From contig CBEUCJ010000005.1 in the NCBI GenBank assembly GCA_965541615.1, forward strand, positions 110,251 through 174,250: 64,000 bases of DNA. The letters are read 5' to 3'. The DNA comes from an uncultured bacterium. GTDB taxonomy: Bacteria > Omnitrophota > Gorgyraeia > Duberdicusellales > CBEUCJ01. The position numbers and the translations under genes were made by a program. Under the pieces are notes generated by a model, which was not told where the DNA came from, ran no database searches, and was given only the letters and a program-made list of their open reading frames with translations. Shown piece by piece: positions 47,701 through 59,700 of the stretch. Every line of letters begins with the position of its first letter. Position 1 is the stretch's first letter.

Positions 47701-50700
47701 TTCTACTCCTGCAAAAGGAATACCAATTATTATATCTGCTTTATGAGAGAATTTGTTATTCAGACTACTAGAACTTGAAAGGTATGCTTTTAATCTATTT
47801 ATCCTTTCTTTATCTTCAGGATGAGAAAATCTTGGAGTTGGATGGTCTTTGAATAAATCTTCAATCTCATATCTTTCTAACCTCTTTTTTCTTTCTTCTA
47901 ATTGAACCTTTTCTTTAAGAGAATCTAATTTTTCTAAAAAGGTGAGAGCTCTGTAAGGATTAAACTTAGCTTTAATAATGTATCTTAAACCTTCTTTATC
48001 AGCTTCAAATTCTTGATTGCGAAATTCTTTATATAATTTTTCTTCAAGATTATTTATTTCTGAAGAGAACCAGAGTTTGGCAAATTTTCTTACATGGTTC
48101 ATTTCAAGATGAGCAATCTCATGGGCAATTGTTAAAGCGAGTTGATCTTGATTAAGTCCTTTTACAGTCATTTCATCTATTTCAATAAAATCAGGAAAGT
48201 TATTTCCTCCACTGTAAGCGTAAGCAAAAGTAAAAGGATAAGTTTGAGTTACTATGAGAAAATATTTTTTATTTATCTTATTTTCTTTTAAAATTTTATT
48301 GAGAATATTCTTTGCCATTTGGTACTCTGGAGAAGAATAAGAAAATACTTTTTCCCAAAGAGCAATTTTTAGTAAATTATAAAACTTTCTTGTCTCTAAA
48401 TATCTTTCTATATATTCTTTCCTGTGTTCTCTGTGTGTTGAAATTATAACTTGACATAACTTCTTTGATCTCTCACTTAGTTTTGAAATCAATCCTTTTA
48501 TAAAGAAAGTAAATTCTGATCTTCTTAATTGAGAAGAGGGTAAAGAAGGCACATCTCCTTTGTATACTCCTTTAACCATATTTAGCATCAATTCAATATC
48601 TTTTAAAACTGATTTAACAAATTTATCTTTAAATGGATTACCTATAAATCTTTGAGATAAAACTTGAAGAGAAGCTAAATCTTCTTCAACATTTTCTAAA
48701 ATCTCATTGAATCTTTCTTGAATTTTTAGAGTAGAACTTGCTTTAGTATTTATAATCTCTTCTAATTTTTTAAGTGTCTTTTCTGAATCTTTTAATTTAC
48801 TCCATTTATCTATTGCTTTATAAATTATAAGCAACCTTAATTTATATTTTTCTTTTAAATAAGAGATCAACAATTGATTAAGATTTAAAGATAAACTTTT
48901 TTCTTCTATCTCTTTTATCCAACTCTCTATTTTCTTTTTGCCTTCTTTTAACATCAACTCCAAAAGAACATTTTCTTTCCATTCTTCTGAGATATTAAGT
49001 TTTGATTTTAAATTATCTATATTTTCTTTTATTATTTGAGAATGCTCTTTTTTCTGCTCAAACTCTATTTTTAAATTGTCTGCTCTTTCAATTAAATCTC
49101 TGTTTATTATTCCTTTTAATTTTTTAATCTTTGAGAAGAGAAGTTTAATTCTTTCTTCTATTTCTCTCATTTCTTTTAAATCTTTTTCTGTAAGCAATTT
49201 GACGTATTCTTCTAAATCTTCAATTTCTTTCTCAATGCTTGAAACAAAAAGGCTTTTTGTGATCTCTTCTATTATCTCTTTCTTTTTAGGTTTAATCTTT
49301 AATAAAACATTTACTAATTTTTCTTCATCTAATTTTTTAATATGGAACAACTCTTTAAGAACCTTTAAAATCTCTTCAAAAGAATCTTTATAGTAATCTA
49401 AAAAGTAAGTAATTGCATATTCTAAACCTTCTTGTGTAACACCTGCTACTTCTAAAATCTCTCTTTCTGATTCATAAGGTTTTATTTCTTTTTTCTTTAT
49501 TAATAAAGGATAAAAGCTTAATGCCTTCTTTAAATAAGAGATATCTTTTTCTAAAAGATATTTTTCTAAATAATAAACTATACTAATCTTTTCTTCTCTG
49601 GTTTTATTTAATACCTCTTCTGCAATTTTCATAAATTCTTTTGATTTTTCTTTATTTATCTTTTTCCACTCATAATAGAGACCAGTAAGATTTATTTTAG
49701 TTTTTAATAATAAGTAAGGTTTTTCTAACTTTTCTAACTCTTTTATTCCTTTTAAATATAACTCTTCAACTTTTTTATATTTTCTTTCTTTATCCTTTTT
49801 ATCCTTATCAAATTCTGCCAATTCAAAGATAACTACTGCCAAATTCAAATCACACAGTATCTTCTCTTTTGGAGATAAAATTTTTTCTCCCATTTTTTCA
49901 ATTTCATCTTTAGCTTCTTCTAACAGTTCTTTATTCTTTTCTTTAAGAGCCCATTCTGTATAGATCGTTATCAATGCAGATTTAAATTCCTCAATATTTG
50001 GAGTTTTCTCTATCTGTCCTTTTAAGATTTTGATCGCCTCTTTATATTTTGATTCTTCAAAAGCTAATTTTTGAACTTGTGCATATATTTTCATAATCTT
50101 AACTTCTAAAAGACTAATTTTCCTCTCTATTTTTTCCATTTCTTCTATTACCTCTAATGCTCTTGTAAAATCTTTCTTGGTCTCATTTCCTCTCTTTAAA
50201 TACAAAGAAGCTAACAACTCATATAATCCAAGTAAAACTTCTTTTCTTTCTTGAGAGGGTAAAGCTACAGTCTTAGCATAAACTATAGTTCTTTTCACCA
50301 TAGAGATAAGTTTATTTAAATCTTCAGGTGTCTTAATATTTCTTCTTAATTTTTCTATCTGTCTAATTTGAGAACGGAATTTTTTTAGAGTGCTACTTGC
50401 ATTATAAAACTTTGACATTTCTTCTTTGGCAAGTTGTATGAATTCATCTTGATATTTTGTTCTTATGATTAACTGTGCTAATTTTTCTTTTATTTGAGGA
50501 GGAAGATTTATCCACTCATCTAATGATGGAAGATTGTATCCTAACCTTTCTCTTACAAACCAGAATACTATTTCAGAATCGACATATTTAACATCTTCTT
50601 TTTGAATAATGAAATCTATCTCTTTAAATTTTAAACCTGTTTTTTCTTTATAATATTCTGCTGCTTTCTCACCTAATTCTCTGCCTCTATATCTTAACCA

Positions 50701-53700
50701 GAAAATGAAATGATAATGGCTCCATCCCCTTTTATTTAGTCTCTGCTGAATTCCAAAAGGTTTAGAAGGCATATAGTAAACATCTCTAAGATTGGAGATA
50801 GTTTCAAAAGGATCATCAGTAGCATACCCACAATCTAAAAGAAAAATTCTGCCTTGAGAGTCTACACCATATTGGGTTATAAAACTATCATGAACATAGA
50901 TTCCCCTTCTTAAAATAGCTCTATCTAACTCAATTTTCTTCTCAAGAAGTTTTTCTATCTTTTGCCAATCTTTTTCATTGAAAGCTAAAATTAAAGCTTC
51001 ATCTAAAGGAAGAGTTTTAATCTGCACAATAACATTTTCCCATTTCTTCATTTCTCCTTTAATCTTAATATATAAACTCAAATTCATAATAAAATCTGCT
51101 ACTAAACCACTTAATTTTTCTTTTGCCTTTTGATAACCTCTCAAAGTAAATTGCTGAAACTCATCTTTAGGAATCTTTATAACAAAATTTAAATCTTTTC
51201 TTTTCAAAACAATTGTCTGCCCTGAGTAAATCAAATCTTCCTCTGTGAAGTTGTATTTCTGTATTTTTTCTTGTATTTCTACTGAATTCAAAGAAGAGGA
51301 GGCTGATTGAATTCTGGAATCTTTATTTTCATCTTTCTTAAAAACTATTCTTTCATTTTTTCTTGGAAAAAGAATGAAAGAACCGGTCATTGCTAAAGTT
51401 AAAAGCACTTTTTTACCAATAGGAGGACCAATAATAATTAAAAATACAGGAGCTAATCCATTCCATAATCCATGTGCAAGAATAGGACATTTTAGAGATT
51501 TAGTCTTTACATACAAAGAAGCATAGATAATACCTGGAAAGAATTGGTAAACAGGGATACAATAACCTTTTGAAATATGAGACAATGCAAAGACAATTGA
51601 AGAAATAAATATACTCTTTTTTACACCAATATTTAATTTGTTTATAAGCAAACGTCTAAATATCCATTTTCTAAATATTATTTCTTCTATTATAGGCGCG
51701 AGCACTGTATCTTGAAGTAAAATTACTCCTATAACCAAAATAGGATTTTTAATGATCTCAAACAATAAGAGTCCATACAAGAATAGATGAATGTTATAAA
51801 GGGTAATAACAACTGCTAATTCTTTTAGAAAAGAATTTTTATTCAAGTTATCTATAGCACTGCTTGAAGTCAAAGAAAGAGATTTCTTTTCTTTTCGCCA
51901 CCAGTCTTCAGTAATTTGTTGAAAACCAATTTTTTCAAAAAATTCCTCCCTGCCACGTACAACCTTTGCCCATAGAGGAATTTTGCCAATTTTATCGGTT
52001 AATTTTTCAATTAAAAGTTTAGCTATTCCTTTTCTCTGATAAGAAGAATCTACTTCTATTAAAGCAATTATAAATCCTTCTTCTTCAAAACTCTTTTCTT
52101 TAAATAATCCGATTTCTCCTATTTTAAAAATGTCTTTTTTATACCCTAAAAGGAGACCTACTACTTCTTTTTCTATCTTTGCTACAAGAAAAGTAATCTC
52201 TTTATCTTTTGCATTACAAAATTCCATTTCCCATACTAACCTTCTAAAATAACGCTTTTTCTTAAACCATTCTTCAAATACTTTATTTATTTCATTAATA
52301 TCTTTTATCTGGATAATCTCTATATTCATTGATGAGGAAGAAACAAGATCAGCAAACTCTTTATTGAGTCGACTAATAAACCAATCTTTACTTTCTACAG
52401 GATACCCTTTATTTAGAAGTTGTTTAGCTAACTGAAAACATTCTTTACTGATACCTAATGAACTTGAACCAAATTCTGGGCTCTTGTAAGGTTGTCTATA
52501 AGGAGGTGTTGTAGAAGGAATAAATGGTTTAAATTCAATATTGCAAGAAGGATTTAACAATTCTTCAGCAGATGGGAAAAATGGTCTGTTTGATGGTAAA
52601 ATAGCTCCAGATAATACTTGCCATAATACAGAACGTATATCAGGCATTTTGTGTTGAGTGTAAAATAAGGCTTTAAGAGCATTTTCATAGCCAAAGAATA
52701 CTCTATCAAAAAGTTCCTTAAAATAATCTCTCTCTTTTGAAGGTAAAGATCTAAATATTTCTAAAATACTTTTAATAGTTTGCTGTTTGTAAAATTTTAT
52801 CTCACTAAATATCTCAGAATAATACATTTTGATTTTGTCTTCGGCTATTTTCATCATAAAGGGCACCAATACATGGAGAGTTATCTTTTTTGTATCAACA
52901 TATTGAGAAAGGAATATAAAAGGCTTAATTATTTCGTAGAGTTTATCTCCAGAAAAAGCACAGTCATCGATTACCAAAATATCTTGAATTCTTTTCTTTT
53001 TAATTTTTTCAACGAGTTGATTATCAACAAAATATGGCTGTATTTCTCTAATATTTACAATAAAAGCATTTTCAGGAAGTAATTCTTTTTCTACAAGCAA
53101 ATCTCTTATCCAAATATCACTTTTCTTATTTTCAGGAGTGCTTTCTTGAAGAATGAGATAAGATCTATCTCTTATTTCATCTTTAAATCCTTCTCCAGCT
53201 AACTGTAAGTTTAATTCAAATTCAAATTGATCAACATATCTAATATTTTTAACAAGGAACTCAGCTAATTCTTTAGGAAATCTCTTAGGCTGAAGAGATA
53301 TCCATTCTTTAGCTTTTTCTTCATCTATATAAGCATCTTCAAAAGGACGAGGAATGATATTTTCTGGAGATATTTTTCTTTTATTATTAAGATAAGTCAT
53401 AATAATAGCTGATTTACTTTTCTCAGAAAGCTTTTTATTTCTTTCTATTTCTTTAATTGCTTTTAAAATTTCTTGAATTCTTGATAATTCAATGGGAGAA
53501 GCAGCTTCTACTCTATTTCTTCCTTTATTTTTTGCAGTGTACAGAGCTTCATCTGCTTTCTTAATCATTTCTTCTATCTGATCAATAGAGTTAACTTTGC
53601 GTGTAGTTAGTCCTATACTTATTGTGATCTTAATAGAACCTTTTGAAGTCTTAAATTCTTTTTCTTCTACACTCTTTCTTAATCTTTCTGCTACTTTCAA

Positions 53701-56700
53701 AGCAGATTTCTTAGAAGAGAATGGAAGAATTAATATAAACTCTTCTCCTCCCCATCTACATTTCAAGTCTTCTTTTCTGCATATTTTTCTTATAATCTCT
53801 GCTAACTCTCTTAAAATTTGATCTCCTATTTCATGTCCATAAGTATCGTTGATTTCTTTAAAATGATCTATATCTATTACTAATACAGAAATTGATGCCT
53901 CTAAAAGTTCTCTATCTTTTTTCCATTTTTTAATTACTTCTTTAAATCCCCATCTATTTAATAAACCTGTTAATTCATCACTGTAAGCAAATCTTAAAGT
54001 GACTTTAGGAATTTCTAACATTTCTTTTATAAACCTTCCAAGGACAAAGATCTCTTCTAATATTGAAGAATAAAATTCAAATTTTTCTTCACACTCTTTT
54101 ATCTTATGGAAAGGTGTGAGGAGAATTACATCTGCATAAATGCGAGAAGAATGAATAATCCAGAAAAGTAAAGACTTTACCTTTTCTTTGTCTCCATTTG
54201 CATATTCTACAGCGTCTTTTTCCCAATTAGAAAAGTTTACTTGAGTAGAATAATTTTGAACAAGCTTTCCTCTATCTCTAATAAGTAGTAATATTTCCTT
54301 TTCTTTTGATATCCATTCTATTCCAAAGCTCTCTTTTTCTTTATTATTTAATTCTATTATCTTATGCAAAATACCTTTATTAAGGTATTCGTATAATCTG
54401 GAAGCAAAATAATCTTTTTCTATACACTTTGCTTTTTGAGGTTCATCTTCATAAGTAGACTTCCTTAAAGTAGCTATTCTTGCTAGAGTCTTCCATTTTA
54501 AAGTAGGAATATACAATCTGTAATAATAGCCACTTAAACCTAATATTTCTTTAAAAAGAGAAAGTATAAATTCACAATATTTTCTTTCAAACTCTTCTTC
54601 AAAAGCTCCTCTTACTTCTTCTCTAAACTCTTTAAGTTTTTTAGAAAGGAGAAGTATTATTTGTTGAGTTTCTTTATTTAAAGAAGAGCTGGTTGCAAGA
54701 AGGTTGCGTATGCTCTTTTCTAAAAGCAAATTCAAATCAGATGCAGTTTGAAAAGAGGACTCATTTTTAAATTTTTGAGGAGGAGCATTTTGAGTATATC
54801 CTTTAATTAATTGCAAGAATCTATAAAAACTCTTTCTCAAAGAAATTTTTTGGAAAATTGAACTACTTGCTTCTCCTATAATTGAAGAGAGGCGATCACT
54901 TATTAATTTAATGTCAACTTCTCTGGATGAATTAAGAAAAGGAATTAAATTCAAATCTATTTTTTTACTATTTACATTTAAAGAGATGCTTATTCCTTTC
55001 TTATTCATTTCAAATAAAATAGGCTGCCAATTTCTCTTAAAGAATTCTTTTAAGACTGAGGTTTTTCTCTTATTTATAATCTCTTCTGCATATCCTCTAT
55101 TCCTCAATTGAGTAATTTCTTCTGTAATCTTTTCTAAAATTTTTTCTTCCAAAGTTAAAAGGATTTTTTCAAAAACATTAAACTCCCAGATCCCTGCAGA
55201 AATTAAAATAAGCTCAAACTTCTTTAAATCTGATTTTTGAAATGCACTTAAAGTATCTTTTACAGTGTTCTTTAAACAACAGCTAAAGGCTCCTCCTAAA
55301 ATGTATACTTTTTGGATATTATAGAAAAATTCATATTCTCCCCATTGGCTGTTTATTTCTAAGATTTCAATTTCTAACTCTTTTAAAGGTAATGATGAAA
55401 ACATAGAGTTTGTTAAAACTATTAAAGGTGAATTTCTGTGTTCTAAAATAATCTTTCTATAGATTTCTTTATGTGCTTCAATAGGATGGGTCAAAACAAT
55501 AACTTTTTCTGCTAAAAGTTGTTTCTTTACCCTTTCTGCTATTGGACTACTAGAAAGAGTCATCTTTTTTGTATTAACATGGGATGAATTTCCCAGAGAG
55601 CTACTTGAAGAAAGAAATTCAAAGCTTTCAAATGTTCCTATAAATATACTTTTTTCATTTTGATTCCATTCCTCATAATTTTTGTAACAAAGCTCTTTTT
55701 CTTTTTCGTCTCTCATCTTTAAAGCTATCTTTTCTAATTCTTCTAACTTATTTCTTATTCCTCTTTCTTCTATCAGTTTCTTAGCTGTTTCCAAAACCTT
55801 AAAATCACCTGCTAAGTGCATACTCGTAAGGATAATATTTTTAGCTGTTCTTAAATCTTCGTAAGAATCCTTATTAAATTTTGCTATTTCTTGAATACTT
55901 ACTTTCTCAAAGTCTACTTCTGTTCTTTCTTCTTCAGGCAAAATATCTTCAGCAAAGGCTATTGTTTTCTCTATAGATAATAATGCATTTGGAGAGACTT
56001 TTTCTTTATCATAAATTTTTTCTTTATCATAAATCATAATTATATCTATATCTGAACCATACATTCTTTCTCTAGTCAAAGGATTAAATCTAATTTCATT
56101 GTGAGCCATACCTATAGATAAATCTCCTGTTAATAATAAACAAACGCCCTCTAAAGGAAGGAAAGTATAAGAGAGAATATCTTTTGCTAACATTCTCTTT
56201 TTAATATTTACAAATTCTCTTTCTTTTCTTAATTTATCTGTAATTATTCTCATTCTCTCATCATTCTTCAATCCCACTACGGAATAGGTATGAAACTCTC
56301 TAAGAATACTTGGAGAAATTTGAGGAATAATTTTTCCTTCCTCATCTCTTTCTATTCTTAAATATCTTTTTCCTTCAAAAACTATCTCAATCTCTGAGCA
56401 TTTTTTACATATCTGCCATACTCTTACAGCACCAGCTATAGTTTTTACATCTAATTTTTCAAACAATTGCTTTCCTAAAAGAGGTTGTTTAGATAAAATT
56501 TGTTTAATTAACTTTTCTGAAATAGGAGAAGACCTTTTTTCTAAAATGGGACTAGAACTCTTTTTCTTTAAGAGCCAAATTCCTTCTCCATAATATTCAT
56601 TGAGTTTATTTAATAGAGAAGTTAAAGGAGAGATTATAATTAGAAATTCTTTATCTCTGTATCTTCTTGTTTGTCCAATAGTAAAATCAACAGCAATTCC

Positions 56701-59700
56701 TGTTTTTTCTATAAGAAAGAATAAGAAATGATGTTCTTCAAAATAAGTTTGGTCAATATCTCTAAAACTGCCTATTATTATCTGAGGATCAAATTCCTTT
56801 AACTTTTCTGCCAGCCATAATGTAACGATTTCACATTTTCCTTCAACATCACCTTTTGTAAATAGATTTACCTCATTAACTAACTCTAATATTTTCTTTA
56901 AGAGTTTCTGGTGTTCAGCAGAACTCTTTCTGATTGCTTCTTCCAAATCCTTTCTATCAGAAATTATTAAAGAAGAAGAGGAAATTGTGAGTTTGTAGAT
57001 AAAAATCTCATTATTTGAAAATGAGAGAATGTAATCTAATCCTCTTTGTTTTATCAATCTCTCTATTCCAAAATTTTCCAAAGAACCAACTAAAGCAAGA
57101 TAAAAAATTCCATTTACATTAAGATAAAAAGGTAAAATTTCAATTAATTTTCTAAGATGCTGAGTTAACTCTTCTTTAGAGAGTTCTGATACTCCTTGAC
57201 GTGAGATAATTCCAAAATCTGTTTCTAACCCTGGTGCATAATGAATAATCACATCATATTTTTTGTTTTTGATTTGAGGAGTTTTAAAGAAATCTCCCCA
57301 AACAATAATGGCATTCTTTACATCTCTTAATGTGAGTAGAGTATTTAAATAAGCAGAAAGTTTGTAATCTATAGCTGTAATCTGGGTGTAACCTTTGGTA
57401 GCTAAAGCATATCCAATAATTCCAGTCCCTGAACCTAAATCTAAAATTTTGATATCTTTTGTTTTGAATCGTTTTATATCCTTTAAGACGAACTCTATTA
57501 ATTTTCTTGTAGCAAAACTATGAGGAGGAAATACACCTTCTATATAAGGAATAAACAATTGAGTTTTTCCTATTTCTACTTTTTCTAAAGAAATTTTAAT
57601 AGGTGTGTATTTTGAAAAATATAAACTTAAAGGTAAATCAAATTTCTTTGATAATAATTCTCGCCAGTCAATAAAGTAAATTCTTCCTATGCCTAAGTCT
57701 GAATATACAATTATTCCTAAGATTATTTCTTTATCAGCAGCAAAAACACTTACTTTCTTTGTTCTTATTCTGTTAATATCTATTGCGACTATATCTTCAA
57801 GAAACTTTATGTTCTTAGAGAAGAGCTCATATAGAGATTTGCTTTCTTTTTCTAATCTATCTAAAGAAATAGAACTAGAAGAAAATTTAGCAAGAAAGAT
57901 TTGTCTGTATTTTTTAAATTCTTCATATAAATCTTTTTTTGTTCTCTCTTTAATTTCTTCTATATCAATTTTTTCTTTATCAGAAACTACCTCAAGAAAT
58001 TCTTTCATCCAGGGATACTCAAAATATTTCTTTTCTGCTTTCTGAAGGATCATATTATACAATTCTTCAGCCTCTTTAAATCTTTTCTCTCCCAATAAAT
58101 AAATAACTTTCCAGCTTAAAGCTTGCAACTCTTCCTCTTTCATATTACATTCCCTACCAGTTTCAATACATCTATTAATATTTTCCTCTGCCTTAAAATA
58201 ATTACCTTCCAAAAATCTAAAAATACTTGCTTTAAAAAGAAGTCTTAATTCTTTTTTTCTTTCCTTTATTTCTTTATTAATTAAACTGCCTTCTTCCAGC
58301 AGTTTAGCTGCTCTTTTAAAATCTTCCAAAAGAAAATAAATATCTGCCTTCCATTTTTTGCATTTAGCTTTGATTTCTGCCCATTCTTTCTCTCCATAGA
58401 TTTTTCTTTTATAAAGCATTAAACCATCTTTTTCTATCCTCTTTAAGTTCTCAAAAAGAATACTTACTTTTTCTTTTCTTTTTTGGGATAATAAATAATC
58501 AACAAAATTCCAATGAGCAGAGGTTCTTCTTTTTATAGCTTTTTCAAATTCTTCTAACTCCTCTTCCAGTTGGGCGCTCTTAAGAGAGTAATGACCTGCT
58601 TCATAAAATTTTTTATTCCTAAAATATTCTAAAGCTTTTCCATAAAACTCTGAAGCTAAGGATTTCATTACTTTTTTCTTTTCCTCTTTATATTTCTCAA
58701 CTTCTTCTTTTCCAGAAACTTTCGCCTTTCTTATTCCCTTCTCACAAACAGAGATAATCTTTGAAAAGGTAGAAATAATCCCTTCTTTATCTTTCAGTTT
58801 ATGATAAATATGCGTAATCTCAAAAAGTCCTGCAATTGCTCCTTTTATATTTCCTCTCTCTAAATCTAAATTCACAGCTTTCTGGAGATATTCTAAAGCT
58901 TCTCTAAATCTTCCTAATCTCTCATAAACTAAACCTATAAAAGTATAATCTTTAGCTATCCTTTCTTTATTTTCTAATTTTTTATGGATCTCCAATATCT
59001 TAAATTGAAGTTCTAAATATTTCTCCCAATCTTTCTCACGATAAGACATTGCCTTAAAAGTGTAAAGTTTTACTACCATCTCTAACAAATCTTTTCTTTC
59101 CTTTTTACTTTTTAGTCTTTCAACCCACTCTTTACATAATCTATCTACTTTTTCATACTCTTCCTTTTCCATTAAAATCTGAATTTTTCTCTTAATATTC
59201 CTTATATTCTCTTTTTTACTTAAAGGACTGCTGGAATAAGAAAAGCAATTCAGGATTTGATTCTTCCAGAATTCAGGATTCTTTCTATTGAGATTAATTT
59301 GAATTACTGGGCTGGAAGTTGTTTGTAAATATAATTCTTCTAAAAATTTCTTTACTGCTTTTATTGCTTCATCCTCAACGTCTTTAATAAGCCTAAAATT
59401 GGATTTTCTGCCTTCTAATCCTCTAAGCATATCTTTTATATTAGTAGCAAAGTCCATACCTACAGGACCATTTTGTGCAGTAACAGCTACAGCCCTAAAT
59501 TCTTTATCATCCCAAATTAAGTACGGGGAACCTGAATCTCCAGGAATAGAATGAGCTCCTACTAATACAACATTGCCTTCTTTTAAAGGTAACAAAAAGC
59601 CACTAGATACAATCTCATTACAACCACTCACTAAAACAGCTAACTCACTTTCACTAAACTTAAGCTTTATTTTAATTGGTAAAAGCTTTCTATCTTGCAC

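Noticed and set aside
31688-58045. Plus-strand ORFs inside the giant gene (31688-31984, 33280-33486, 36675-36881, 49076-49393, 52780-53082, 57689-58045 and others)
   Set aside because: They are antisense to a strongly supported coding frame, have low-complexity S/F/L/I-rich translations, no RBS and no recognisable motifs.
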